DNA from: Myxococcota bacterium
Lineage (GTDB): Bacteria; Myxococcota_A; SURF-8
Assembly (NCBI GenBank): GCA_963674735.2
Contig: CAXXQS010000001.1
Span: 992,001-1,056,000, forward strand
DNA: 64,000 nt
Direction: 5' to 3'
Below the pieces are notes generated by a model, which worked only from the letters and a program-made list of their open reading frames with translations, searched no databases and was not told where the DNA came from. Made by a program: the position numbers and the translations under genes. Within the stretch, counting starts at the first letter, position 1, and each line of letters begins with the position of its first letter. Below, one piece after another: positions 9,413 through 19,981 of the stretch.

Positions 9413-10912
9413 TTATGAGTTGGACACCTGTTCCGTATCCGATGGCAGATAATACTCGGCCGGTGGGAAGTCGTTGAGATCTTTGGCGATGGCGACTTTC
9501 AGGAAATTGTTGACCCACCGGAAGATATTGTGCTGTTGGATGGAGCGGCGCATGCGACTCATGCGGGCTTGACGTTCTTCCGTAGGCATATGATAGGCAT
9601 GATGGATGGCGTCGGCAACCCCTTCGACATCGAATGGATTGACCATCAACGCTCCGTGTTGCAACTGGGCGGCGGCTCCGGCAAATTCGCTGAGGATCAA
9701 AACGCCGTCTTCTTCCAGGTTACTGGCGCAATACTCTTTGGCGACCAGATTCATTCCGTCTTTCAAGGGGGTAATAAGGGCAATTTCGCAGGTACGATAA
9801 TAGGCCACCAGCTCCGTACGGTTGAGCGGACGGAAGATATACAGGATGGGTGTCCAGCCCGTTTCCGTAAAACGCCCGTTGATTTCACCGACGTAGCGTT
9901 CGATCTGCTGCTTAAGCGCGCGATACTCCTCGACTTCGGTCCGACTGGGGACGACCACCTGAATGAATGTGACATTGCGACGTAATTCGGGATAACGTTC
10001 CAGTGCATTTTCAAAGGCCCGCAATCGGCGCGGAATTCCCTTGGAATAGTCGAGTCGGTCGACTCCCAGAATCAGTTTACGCTTCGGTAGATTGGCGTGA
10101 ATGATCCAGGCTTCATCCGATGCCTCTTTGGTTTCCGCCAATTTGGAGAACTGCTGGTAGTCGATACCGATGGGGAAAGCTCCGATTCGCAGGGAACGAT
10201 CTTGGAACGAGGCGTCGGCCACGGTTCCCGATCCGCTGATTCGAGCGCCGGGCAATAAAGTGCGTACGCATTGAATAAAGTTGCGACGGTCGCGCATGGT
10301 TTGAAAACCGAGTACATCGTATTCCATCAAGGCTTGCAGAATGAGAAAGCGCCAAGGTAGCTTAAGGAAAATATCGAGCGAAGGGAAGGGGATGTGCAGA
10401 AAAAAACCGACTTTACGTTCGTGATTTTGTTTTTTCAACTCCTGTGCGACCAGCATCAGGTGGTAATCTTGCACCCACACAAAATCTTTTTCGGTCGTCG
10501 TTTCAGAGATTGCTTTCGCGAATTTGCAGTTGACGGATTGATAAACCGGCCAGTAATCCGGTGCAAAGTTGCAGCGGGAAGGCAGATCGTGAAACAAGGG
10601 CCATATGATCTCGTTTGAAAAGCCGAAGTAGTAAAGGTCGATTTCCTCTTGCGATAGATCGACCGGTTTCAGCGAGTAACCCGAGTCGGCTGCTCCTTTT
10701 GCCAGCAGGGTTTCCAATTCATGTTCGGACAAACCATTATTGCCTGCTCCACCCAGCCAGCCGATCCAGATGCCGCCGCGGTTACGTAATACCGGACTGA
10801 AGGCCGTCACGAGTCCTCCCGAGCCGGGAGTGACATTCCAATTCCCATGAGGATCGTGTCCGATGACGATCGGCAGGCGGTTGGAAACGATGACCAGGTT
10901 ACGGCTTTCCAT
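9413..10912 (-). CDS. otsA: Trehalose-6-phosphate synthase
   Basis: [56 protein letters not shown]. Confidence 0.96.
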   Translation of the reverse strand: MESRNLVIVSNRLPIVIGHDPHGNWNVTPGSGGLVTAFSPVLRNRGGIWIGWLGGAGNNGLSEHELETLLAKGAADSGYSLKPVDLSQEEIDLYYFGFSNEIIWPLFHDLPSRCNFAPDYWPVYQSVNCKFAKAISETTTEKDFVWVQDYHLMLVAQELKKQNHERKVGFFLHIPFPSLDIFLKLPWRFLILQALMEYDVLGFQTMRDRRNFIQCVRTLLPGARISGSGTVADASFQDRSLRIGAFPIGIDYQQFSKLAETKEASDEAWIIHANLPKRKLILGVDRLDYSKGIPRRLRAFENALERYPELRRNVTFIQVVVPSRTEVEEYRALKQQIERYVGEINGRFTETGWTPILYIFRPLNRTELVAYYRTCEIALITPLKDGMNLVAKEYCASNLEEDGVLILSEFAGAAAQLQHGALMVNPFDVEGVADAIHHAYHMPTEERQARMSRMRRSIQQHNIFRWVNNFLKVAIAKDLNDFPPAEYYLPSDTEQVSNS

Positions 10913-11711
10913 CTTGTTTTCCTAGGGGCGTGTTCGCCCAAGCAATTAAAAAATCTCGCACGGCTTCGATGTTGGGTAAACTGCCTTCTGCAGCCGTATT
11001 TCGAATTCGACTTCCAACCCGGATCCCGATACCTTTTTCTGGCAAAATGCGAAAGGCATCCTCATCGGTTTCGTCGTCCCCCAGATAGACGGGAAACGGT
11101 GGAGACTCGAAGCTCTCGATGAGTTCCAGCAGTGCTTCGCCCTTGCTTCGTCCGGGTGCGCGTACTTCAATTCCACCGTTGAAACGACGGCAGTCGAGGC
11201 CGTATGGAAGGGCGAGTGCGTTCCAGGTTGAATAGATGCGTGTTTCAAGAATCTCCGCTTGTCCATCCGGCAAACCGCGTGTGTGCAGAGCGACCGAGGC
11301 TATTTTTGTTTCGATCTTTCGCTTGGGGACAAGTTCGCGAGCTGCGTTGAGTGCTTTTTGAAGCCCGGCTTTTTCTTTGGAGTTGGGTGGGTGCAAGACT
11401 GTCGCACCATTTGGCGTTCGCCGTTCCCGGCCATGGCTACCGATGATGGTGATACCGAGATCGCCGGTCAGTTGCAAGACTTCACGTACCGGACGTCCGG
11501 AGATCAGAGCCATGCTGGTATCAGGGCGTTCGCGTATTTCACTCAAAACCGGTAGGATACCTTCGAGTGGATACGCATCCATCCGTTGAACCTGAAAAGG
11601 AGCCAACGTGCCATCGTAATCCAAGGCCAGCAACCGCCGGTCGATCGTCGCGAGCTGTTTCCAGAACCCGATGACGGGTTCGTTTTTGTCGGTGAGCCCG
11701 TTCAAGGTCAT
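10899..11711 (-). CDS. otsB: Trehalose-6-phosphate phosphatase (HAD IIB)
   Basis: LDYDGTL, ISGR, GSHG, KG, GDDETDEDAF. Confidence 0.93.
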   Translation of the reverse strand: MTLNGLTDKNEPVIGFWKQLATIDRRLLALDYDGTLAPFQVQRMDAYPLEGILPVLSEIRERPDTSMALISGRPVREVLQLTGDLGITIIGSHGRERRTPNGATVLHPPNSKEKAGLQKALNAARELVPKRKIETKIASVALHTRGLPDGQAEILETRIYSTWNALALPYGLDCRRFNGGIEVRAPGRSKGEALLELIESFESPPFPVYLGDDETDEDAFRILPEKGIGIRVGSRIRNTAAEGSLPNIEAVRDFLIAWANTPLGKQDGKP

Positions 11712-12943
11712 AACTCGATACGATCTTTGAAGTCGCGAGTTACAGCAACCATGAGGGTCAAATACTCTCGCAGGTGCCGTGTTAAAAGAAAGTTCTCCAA
11801 AACGAAACGGCGAGCTTTGACTCCGATTTCCTCGATTTTCTCGCGGTGAGTCAGCAGATAGCGGATGCGCAAGGCCGCCCCTTCCGGCGTGTTGACGAGA
11901 AATCCCGTATGGTGGTTGATGACCTGCAGCCGAATCCCACCGGTATCTCCGCCGATGACCGGAGTTCCTTTCCAGAGCGCTTCGGTAACGGTTAAGCCGA
12001 AGCCTTCACGGGTGGATTTCTGAAGAACGATGTCGGAGGCTCGCTGAAATGCGTTGATGGTGCGATGAGCGTCGGACGGAAGCATCAGGATATGAATGTC
12101 TGAATCATCGGCCGCCGCCGCCTGAACTTCCCGAAGCACGATCTCGCCTTCTGGATCATCCGATGCCCCTCCGCCTGCCAATACCAATTGAAGCGGTGTA
12201 AACGCCTTGGCTTTACGATAGGCATGAATCACCCCTACCGGATCCTTGAACCGATCGAAACGTGAGACTTGACAGATCATCGGTCGTTCCGGGTCCAGAT
12301 GGAAGCGGGTGTACAGTTCATCGATTTCTTCTTTGGGAAGTTCGACGTTTTTTTCACTCAACGGATCGATGCTGGGGGGAATGAGATAGCTTGGGTGCGG
12401 CAATTTCTGTGCGAAATCGGGAAGCGACCAGACGCTGGCATCGTAGGGTGTAATGAAGTTTTCCAGGTACTTCCATATCGGTCGGTAGGGATGGCTTGCA
12501 TCGATGTGACAGCGCCAAATCCATTTCCCCTTTCGTTCTGGACAGAAACTCAACAAAGGGGCGGGTTGAGGGTCGTGAATGAAGACCACATCCGCTTCTT
12601 CAAGTTTCGTTCGCAGACGTTCGGCATTTTCGGCGTTGGTGCTTTCGAAGGCATCCAATAAAGCTTGTGGAACATGAACGCGGTTTCCCTGTAGGGCATT
12701 GTGAAAATTCTTCGTGCAGTTGTAGAAATCACCTTTTCCAGTGACGACCTCCCACTCGGCATCCATTCCAAGCTCGCGCTTCAGAGGAATCAGGCGATGA
12801 AGAATTTCAGCGACGCCACCGCCTTCCTTGGTGGAATTGATATGGAGAACTTTCATCCCCTTGAGGTCTTCGGCCAATTGTCGCAACTGATCGATGACAT
12901 CGTCACCGACGACGGCCGCATATTGTTCCAGTGTGGCTCCCAT
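11708..12943 (-). CDS. treT: Trehalose glycosyltransferring synthase TreT (GT4)
   Basis: INSTKEGGGVAEIL, HNALQG, HDPQP, WRCHID, SRFDRFKDP, EGFGLTVTEALWK. Confidence 0.9.
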   Translation of the reverse strand: MGATLEQYAAVVGDDVIDQLRQLAEDLKGMKVLHINSTKEGGGVAEILHRLIPLKRELGMDAEWEVVTGKGDFYNCTKNFHNALQGNRVHVPQALLDAFESTNAENAERLRTKLEEADVVFIHDPQPAPLLSFCPERKGKWIWRCHIDASHPYRPIWKYLENFITPYDASVWSLPDFAQKLPHPSYLIPPSIDPLSEKNVELPKEEIDELYTRFHLDPERPMICQVSRFDRFKDPVGVIHAYRKAKAFTPLQLVLAGGGASDDPEGEIVLREVQAAAADDSDIHILMLPSDAHRTINAFQRASDIVLQKSTREGFGLTVTEALWKGTPVIGGDTGGIRLQVINHHTGFLVNTPEGAALRIRYLLTHREKIEEIGVKARRFVLENFLLTRHLREYLTLMVAVTRDFKDRIEL

Positions 12944-13602
12944 CAGACGGCTCCGTTTTCGATGTAGTTGTTAACGATCAGGCTCAGTTGCTCGCGTAGT
13001 TCGGACAGACTCTTGAAGTAGGGGTCGAGGCTGCTCAATTGCAGTAGAAGCTCGGTGTGTTGATCCCCGAAATTTTCAAGCCAAGTGCTGAAATCGTCGG
13101 ACCGGCCGGGGGTACGCGTACGCGCATCGACAAAGTGATAGAAAACGCTGCTGACCGACATGTGAGGAACCAGTGATTTTAAATCCTGCGGATTGTTGAG
13201 TCTCATTTGTGTGTCGAAGACGACGATTTGAGCGCGGGTAAATTGAAACTTTTTATCATTGCGCGCCCAAGGAACCATTTCGGTTTCGTCCAGGCGTTCT
13301 TCGATAACATCAATGAGTTCGAGCCTTAGGTTCTCCATCGTTTCGAAATCGGTAGGATCGATGATGGATAATCGTTCAGCCAGTCGTTCATCGTGCAACC
13401 CATAGTGTGCCCATTGCGCGAAATCGTTTGGGTATTCCGGGTTTTCAAAGGTGGGGCGCAACAACCCACCCCAAAAGTGGTAATAAATACTGTCGGGATC
13501 GATTTCGCGGAGGCGATCGCGCAGTTCACGCAGATTCTGGGCACGCTTGCCTGTCGAGAGGGCCAGGAGCGCACAGTCCTTGACGGCAAAGGATTCACTC
13601 AT
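12943..13602 (-). CDS. DUF5752 family protein
   Basis: Duplicated SIYYHF..NDFAQW / SVFYHF..DDFSTW halves; usual position upstream of treT; start set at MSESF. Confidence 0.8.
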   Translation of the reverse strand: MSESFAVKDCALLALSTGKRAQNLRELRDRLREIDPDSIYYHFWGGLLRPTFENPEYPNDFAQWAHYGLHDERLAERLSIIDPTDFETMENLRLELIDVIEERLDETEMVPWARNDKKFQFTRAQIVVFDTQMRLNNPQDLKSLVPHMSVSSVFYHFVDARTRTPGRSDDFSTWLENFGDQHTELLLQLSSLDPYFKSLSELREQLSLIVNNYIENGAV

Positions 13603-13761
13603 GTGATTCTTCCTCTCTTTTCCATCGTCATTCCCCAAAAATGATGTAGCATTCAATGGTGATTATACGGTAAGAACATCCAATGATCAACCGGCTTCTT
13701 CCGGTATCTGTCAATAATGACATGAAAATACACGTGAATATTCCATTTAAGGTCATTCCGA

Positions 13762-15147
13762 ATGTCCACTGATGTAAAAACAAAAAATCTGACTGAACTG
13801 GGGGCCGGCTCCGCAATTCTCACAATGGCTTTGCCGGCCACCGGAACCATGATGATCGAAGGCCTTTACCATCTCGTGGATACGTTCTGGGTTGGCAAGC
13901 TTGGTGCAACGGCTCTTGCTGCTGCTTCCGCCTCCGCTTTTATCTTGTGGATGTTGTTTTCCAGTTCCGATATCGTCGGCGTATCAACGAATACCCTGGT
14001 TGCACAAAATGTAGGAGCGGGGCGCGACGATCGCATCAAGGATGTCGTGCGTCGGGGCATTGTCGGATCTTTGATTCTCGGCTTGGTTGGCGGGGCGCTT
14101 GTTTTTCCTTTTCGGGAAAGCTATTTTTTGTTGCTTGGCGTCGAAGTCGAGGTGGCTCGCCTGGGGGGCGGGTATCTGGCTCCGTGGCTGTTGGGACTAC
14201 CGGTCATCATGATGACGATTGTCGTGCAGGCGGCTTTCAGGGGGGCAGGAGACGCGAAAACGCCAATGTTATTGATGGGAAGTATGGTCGCGTTCAATGC
14301 CGTGCTGGACCCCCTGCTTATTTTCGGTTGGACTTTGGTTCCGGCTTTTGGGCTCAAAGGCGCCGCTTGGGCTAGCGTTTTTTGTCATCTTCTCGGAAGC
14401 GTAGCTGGGGCGCTGATCTTAAAGAAGAGGGGGCTTTGGCCAGACTGGAATGGTTCCCGATTTTTTTATGTGCGTATGATTGAATGGTGGGAAATGCTTC
14501 GTATTGGCGCGCCTTTGGCCCTAAACGGAATGTTTTTCAGCCTGACGTACATCGGGCTGACCGCCGTTATCGCGATTTTTGGATCGAACGCAATCGCCGC
14601 CATCGGTATCGGGCATCGTCTGGAATCGTTTCCGTGGTTTATCAGCTATGGGTTCTCCGTTGCTGCGGCATCTTTGGTCGGTCAGTATATGGGTGCAGGC
14701 AAACCGGAAGAAGCGGCAAGGGTGGCGTGGCGCTGTTCGGGGATCGCCACTGCTTTTATCGTTGTGTTTTGCTTGGTTATTCTATTATATGTGGAACCGC
14801 TGATTCGGTTTTTCATCGATGATCCGGAAGTCGTGCTGGAAGGAAGTCGCTATTTACGAATTGCCGGGATTTGCTGGATTGTCGGAGTGCTGGAGGTGGT
14901 GTTGACAGGTGCATTTGGAGGCGCGGGACATTCTCTTCCTGCCTTGGCTATCGGGGTTCCATTTACAGCGATTCGTATTCCTATGGCCTATTTGCTTGCG
15001 GTTTCATTGGGAATGGGAGTCGTTGGTGTGTGGTGGGCCATCGGATTGTCGATGGTTGTTAAGGGGCTTTTGATTGGGATATGGTTCAAACGTGGAGGAT
15101 GGAAACACTCGCATATGTCCATTGACACAGTTTCGTCAGGTCTGTGA
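13762..15147 (+). CDS. MATE family efflux transporter
   Basis: VDTFWVGKLG, AQNVGAG, RGAGDAKTP, LDPLLIFG, GAAWAS, GQYMGAG. Confidence 0.92.
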   Translation: MSTDVKTKNLTELGAGSAILTMALPATGTMMIEGLYHLVDTFWVGKLGATALAAASASAFILWMLFSSSDIVGVSTNTLVAQNVGAGRDDRIKDVVRRGIVGSLILGLVGGALVFPFRESYFLLLGVEVEVARLGGGYLAPWLLGLPVIMMTIVVQAAFRGAGDAKTPMLLMGSMVAFNAVLDPLLIFGWTLVPAFGLKGAAWASVFCHLLGSVAGALILKKRGLWPDWNGSRFFYVRMIEWWEMLRIGAPLALNGMFFSLTYIGLTAVIAIFGSNAIAAIGIGHRLESFPWFISYGFSVAAASLVGQYMGAGKPEEAARVAWRCSGIATAFIVVFCLVILLYVEPLIRFFIDDPEVVLEGSRYLRIAGICWIVGVLEVVLTGAFGGAGHSLPALAIGVPFTAIRIPMAYLLAVSLGMGVVGVWWAIGLSMVVKGLLIGIWFKRGGWKHSHMSIDTVSSGL

Positions 15148-15295
15148 AACACTGGAATTGACTGAACGAGTTGTGCCTGTTATAGACCGTGAATAGGATC
15201 AGTGAAAGTGGATCAATGGGCTAACTTGACCGCAAGGACAAGTTGTGCCAGGATGCGGGCTCGTGGATCGATATTACGGGGAAAGAGAGATTGAC

Positions 15296-16348
15296 ATGCG
15301 GACACTTCTGGACACACCGGCCCAGTTGGTTGAAAACGGGAAAGTATGCGCGTTTGGGCACTTCAAGACGCCTTTTCGGAACCTCAACATATTAGATGCG
15401 AACATTCGTCCGGATAGTCATGTATGGCCGCAAACTTTCAATCGTTTTCGCCTGAAGGAATGGCAGCATGTGGCCGTGATCCACGATGAGTTGTTCCTGG
15501 GTTTCATGTTGACCACGACCCATTATCTCGATGCTTCGTTCTGTTACGTTGTCGATCGTGAAAGCGGCAAAATTGTCGAACACCACCGTCAAGCTCCACC
15601 TTTTGTGACACGGGTTCCGCAGGAATTGTGGAATGGTGTTGGGGGATATGCCGTTAAAGGCTACGAGATCGGGCTCGAAAATACGCTTGAGATGAAGCGG
15701 CATCGTTATCGTATTAAAATCGAGGCCGAGAAAGGGTTGGCCGCCATTCAGGCCGATCTTACCTTGCACGAAGACTTGTCTACCGGTCAGCCGTTGATCG
15801 TGGTTCTTCCCATCGGTCCCAACCGGCCGCTTTACACCCACAAAATGGTCTGCCCGGCGGAGGGGACACTCAAACTGGGCGATCGCCAGATTACGTTCGA
15901 TCCCATGCATGATGTCGCGCTCTTAGATGTTCAGAAAACGTATTATCCCTACAACACATTCTGGAATTGGGCGACTTTCTATGGTCGTGGTGCATCGGGC
16001 GAGGCTTTGGCGATCAATCTGGTCGAGAACATCATCGATGACGATGAGACCTACAACGAAAACACCTTGTGGGTGGATGGGGCGATTTCGGGGTTGTCGG
16101 CGGTTCGTTTCACGATCAACCCCACCGACATGCTGGCCCCCTGGCACATCACAACCACCGATGGCCGTTGCGATTTGACCTTCACCCCCCAAGGGGAGCG
16201 TGCCGAGCGCATCAATATGGGGCTGATTTTGTCCGACTATCACCAGCCTTATGGAACGTTTTCAGGCCGTGTGGTTGACGATGCCGGTCAAGAACATATC
16301 GTGTCCGATGCCTTCGGAGTCACTGAACATCACCTGGCGCGTTTCTGA
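15296..16348 (+). CDS. DUF2804 family protein
   Basis: RLKEWQ, YTHK, TFWNWA, ENTLWVDG, LTFTP, YHQPYGTFSG, EHHLARF; start set at MRTLL. Confidence 0.8.
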   Translation: MRTLLDTPAQLVENGKVCAFGHFKTPFRNLNILDANIRPDSHVWPQTFNRFRLKEWQHVAVIHDELFLGFMLTTTHYLDASFCYVVDRESGKIVEHHRQAPPFVTRVPQELWNGVGGYAVKGYEIGLENTLEMKRHRYRIKIEAEKGLAAIQADLTLHEDLSTGQPLIVVLPIGPNRPLYTHKMVCPAEGTLKLGDRQITFDPMHDVALLDVQKTYYPYNTFWNWATFYGRGASGEALAINLVENIIDDDETYNENTLWVDGAISGLSAVRFTINPTDMLAPWHITTTDGRCDLTFTPQGERAERINMGLILSDYHQPYGTFSGRVVDDAGQEHIVSDAFGVTEHHLARF

Positions 16349-16489
16349 TATCGTTTTCGGATATCCATTTGGATCTTGTTTTTTATACCTGTCATTGGAC
16401 GATGGCAGGTTTTTTTATAAAAAACACCCTGCGTTAGACGCAGGGCGGAATATGGCGCGAATCGAAGCAATATCCAGTTTGTCGGCTGT

Positions 16490-16969
16490 TTAGGAATCCA
16501 GCTTTTTAAGCTCGTCAAGCAGTTCGATTGAACTCATCGACATAGCTTTAGTCATCAGATCGTTTACTTTTCGTGCGGTTTCTTCGCTGATTGTTTTGAT
16601 TCGTTTCGAATAGGCATTGGTGATGGCTGCCAGTACTTCCTCGAATTCGCAAGGTTTTTGCAAATATTCGTAGGCGCCATCACGGGTGGCACGTTTGGCG
16701 GAATCGATGGTTCCATGCCCGGTGAGAATCACCACCTCCATACGCGAGTCGCGGGCCTTGTAATGCCGCAGTAGCTCTTCGCCTTCCATATCGGGCATTT
16801 TCAAGTCGAACAGGCCGACGTCGAAGGTTTGATTTTCCGTCTCCTTCAGGGCTGTAAGCGGGTGAGAAAAAGATATGACGTCGAGATCGCGAGCCTTCAA
16901 GCGTTTGGCCATGTATTCGAGGAACTCTTCCTCATCGTCCACAAAAAGCAGTTTGATTTTGTCTGCCAT
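16490..16969 (-). CDS. Response regulator (receiver domain plus short helical tail)
   Basis: LFVDDE, DLKMP, LTGHG, YLQKP. Confidence 0.9.
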   Translation of the reverse strand: MADKIKLLFVDDEEEFLEYMAKRLKARDLDVISFSHPLTALKETENQTFDVGLFDLKMPDMEGEELLRHYKARDSRMEVVILTGHGTIDSAKRATRDGAYEYLQKPCEFEEVLAAITNAYSKRIKTISEETARKVNDLMTKAMSMSSIELLDELKKLDS

Positions 16970-17083
16970 GGTTTGTCCTCACCGATAGATTTTACTCGTC
17001 AAAATTCACAGAGATTATCATACCAAGGACCGCTCCAGACTGCCAACTATTCCATCGATCCGGAGCGATCCCAAACAAAAATG

Positions 17084-18703
17084 TTACTTCGTGGCGTCGA
17101 GGGCGGCTTTCGCGGTTTCAAGCAGATCCGCCGGGAATCCGACAATATTGAAAACCCCCATGAATCCGACGATCCAGACCACAGCCATCGAAAGCACCCA
17201 CAAAAGGAATCCATACTTGATGAAATCCATGGGATGGATCATGCGTTTGCCGGAATCGGGATACATGCCGAGTCCGTAAACAATGGCGTTGTTGGGGGTT
17301 CCGACGATGAGGAAGTGGGCGAAACTGGTCGAGAAAGCCACCGCTAAGCCGATGGCCCAGGGTTCGCCTGCTACACCGCTCATGATCCCCATGGGAATCA
17401 CGATCGGACCAAGCAAAGCCGTGGTTCCGGCGTCCGACATAAAGTTGGTGATCAAGCCCGACATGCCGGACATCCCGATCCACAGGCCAAGTCCCGATTC
17501 CATGCCGACGGACGTCAATACACTCAGCGAGCTTTGCGCCAGCCACAGCGCCGCTCCACTTTCTTTCAGAAGTGCGCCCATGGTCAAGGCACCACAATAC
17601 ATGAACCAAGCATCCCAACTGATGCCGTTTAGGATTTTGCGCCATTCCGTCGTGCGGAAAAGGACCGGAATCACCAAGGCGAGAAGGGCTGGACCTCCGA
17701 GGCCCATTTCCTCGCCACCGAAAATCCATAGAACCAGGATGAGCAACAGCATGCCAAAAGTGACATATTCCTTGTATTTCATCTTCCCCATTTTACGGGT
17801 CTCTTCTTTGATCGCCTTGAGACCGGGGGTGAGATCCTTGGTTTTGATTTTGCCGCCGAAAAGCACCAGCATGTAAACGGCCACCAGAATTCCGAGAATC
17901 GGGACCAGCGGCAGACCGTATTTCATCCACGTGAAGAAATCCATGGGGACGTTGTATTCGGACCAGAGTCCCATCATGATGACATTACGTCCACCGGCCG
18001 CCGGGCTGCCCACTCCACCGACGTTGAGCGAGAAACACAGAGCGAACATCAGAAATTTGGCCAAGGCCGGATCGTGTTCAATCGGGTGTCCGGGTTTGCT
18101 GCGGGCGGCCACCGCGCCGAAGTAAACCGCCGCCATAACCGGGGTCATGAAGGCACACATGGCGTGGGCTGAAATAAACGAACCCAGTATTGACATGCTG
18201 ATGCACATGACGAACACCGGCACAAGGAAACCTTTCGTCCAGCCCAGCATCCAGTTCGCCAGGCGTTTGTGGAGACCGACATCGACGACGGCGACACCCA
18301 TCGCTAAAACACCCAATAAAAACAGGGGTGCATCACCCGCAAAGGTCTTGCCGATCATGTTCATGGGTAGCAGATGGAGGAAGTAGGCCAGCATCGGCAT
18401 CAGGATGCCGGTCAAGCCGATGGGAATGGCTTCGGTGGCGAAAAAAACAATTGCCATGGGGATCAGGCCCAGGACAATCTGGGTTTTGCGCGCTGCACTT
18501 GCCGTGTCGTGGGCGATCTCCCACTCGATCATTTGCTTGGCGACCCCGAATTGGTCAACCGTGTCGATTAGGGATTGGGGAGTCGGCATAAGGAAGCCGA
18601 TAATCAAAAACAGGCCGACTCCGACGCCAAGCCACAAGCCTTTGTTGCCAAGGAATTTCATGAGGGTTCCACCCCCACCGGCCATTTCAATTTCATGACT
18701 CAT
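17084..18703 (-). CDS. SLC13/DASS family anion transporter
   Basis: TEAIPIG, GLHKRLA, GGVGSPAAGGRN, TNFMSD, GTPNNAI; many hydrophobic segments. Confidence 0.88.
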   Translation of the reverse strand: MSHEIEMAGGGGTLMKFLGNKGLWLGVGVGLFLIIGFLMPTPQSLIDTVDQFGVAKQMIEWEIAHDTASAARKTQIVLGLIPMAIVFFATEAIPIGLTGILMPMLAYFLHLLPMNMIGKTFAGDAPLFLLGVLAMGVAVVDVGLHKRLANWMLGWTKGFLVPVFVMCISMSILGSFISAHAMCAFMTPVMAAVYFGAVAARSKPGHPIEHDPALAKFLMFALCFSLNVGGVGSPAAGGRNVIMMGLWSEYNVPMDFFTWMKYGLPLVPILGILVAVYMLVLFGGKIKTKDLTPGLKAIKEETRKMGKMKYKEYVTFGMLLLILVLWIFGGEEMGLGGPALLALVIPVLFRTTEWRKILNGISWDAWFMYCGALTMGALLKESGAALWLAQSSLSVLTSVGMESGLGLWIGMSGMSGLITNFMSDAGTTALLGPIVIPMGIMSGVAGEPWAIGLAVAFSTSFAHFLIVGTPNNAIVYGLGMYPDSGKRMIHPMDFIKYGFLLWVLSMAVVWIVGFMGVFNIVGFPADLLETAKAALDATK

Positions 18704-19169
18704 GGTCGCTCCTTACCCAATCTTATGTACTGAATTCCTGGTTGCCTGGAGTCTGTCTAATCTTTCATTTACGGGTCAATCAAATTTTTGGTGATCCCGT
18801 CATTCGTTCCTCTGGCTGTTTCATTGCTATCAGCGCTTGGAGTAAACAGCGACCCTAGACCCATAGAGCTGAAGTGTTAAAGATCTGTATCAACTTATTT
18901 CTACACCTGTATGGTTTCACTTCTCGGGGGTCTGGCTCTCTTCTGCTAAACCAATTCGCGAGCCTATTGTCGCGGTGGTCGCCCATTTTTTCAAGCTTAA
19001 AACTTATAGAAAAGGCTTATACTGCTGGTGAAAGAAACTTATAAGAAATAGCTATCTTTATAAATGCTTGAAAATAGAAGGAATAGCGGGTGCTCGGATT
19101 TCTGATTTTCAGTTAGAACTTTTAGTAATTGATCGTTGGAGGATTTCGCAGAGGGAGGGTGGGGCAAAC

Positions 19170-19190
19170 GGGGGAAGCTATGCCTCCCCC
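19170..19190 (-). terminator. Probable terminator hairpin downstream of the response regulator
   Basis: Minus strand GGGGGAGGC-ATA-GCTTCCCCC followed by GTTTG (weak U-tract). Confidence 0.45.
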
Positions 19191-19296
19191 AGTCGTTATT
19201 AGGCAGGGGAAAAAGCGGGGAAGGGGGGAAGGATGAAAACGCCAGGTGGAAGCATTGGCAGGGGTATTTTTAGTCCTGATTCGCATTGAATCAGTT

Positions 19297-19713
19297 TTAT
19301 TTGTAAAGAGCGAGGATTGCCTGATCGAGCGCATCCGGGTCAAAAGGCTTTTGCAAAATCGGGATGCCCTGTTTTCGTACCTGATCGATCTCGGTATTTG
19401 GAGTTAATCCTGTAATGACGATAATGGGTATCTCCGGGTGACTGGTGCGTAGATGCTCGATCAAATCAAATCCCGAAGTTCCGGGCATGGTTAGATCTGT
19501 CATTACGAGATCGATTTGACCGTGGTCAGCTTGATCGAGAATTCCGAGAGCTTCTTTGCTGGAGGTTTTGCCCACGCATTCATACCCAAGCAAAAACAAC
19601 CCACGACAAATGCTTTCAACCTGAATCGGCTCATCATCTAGAACAAGGATTTTCATGCCGTGATTTCGAATCCTTTCCAAGTCGTCTTTGATGGTTCCGG
19701 AAAATGCGTGCAT
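19297..19713 (-). CDS. Single-domain response regulator
   Basis: LVLDDE, DLTMP, ITG, QKPF; SD GGAG upstream. Confidence 0.88.
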   Translation of the reverse strand: MHAFSGTIKDDLERIRNHGMKILVLDDEPIQVESICRGLFLLGYECVGKTSSKEALGILDQADHGQIDLVMTDLTMPGTSGFDLIEHLRTSHPEIPIIVITGLTPNTEIDQVRKQGIPILQKPFDPDALDQAILALYK

Positions 19714-19752
19714 CGCTGATCTCCGTTCTTCAAATTACCTACCTGGATATTA

Positions 19753-19769
19753 AGCAATCTGTGTGCCAA
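19753..19769 (-). promoter_or_regulatory. Sigma-54 (-24/-12) promoter
   Basis: Minus strand TTGGCACACAGATTGCT matches TGGCAC-N5-TTGC; 40 bp upstream of the regulator gene and next to an NtrC-type activator gene. Confidence 0.85.
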
Positions 19770-19981
19770 CGGATGGTGAACTCTTTAAAAGTCTGTGATA
19801 ACGAGCATTTGTCTTGTGCTTGAGGTGGGGGCGGTTTTCATGCTGTGACTGGGGGATCTATATCAATTCGGAACAGGAAGCGACTTAACACTTTGTATAT
19901 TCTAGTAAATCACCTATATATCTCATTTTGGCATAGCTCAAAACGGAATCATTTCATACTACGAATAAATACGGAGGGCGG

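Noticed and set aside
18950-18966. Second sigma-54 promoter upstream of the DASS gene (minus strand TAGGCTCGCGAATTGGT)
   Set aside because: The -12 element is GG instead of GC and the -24 context is poor, so it is too weak to call.
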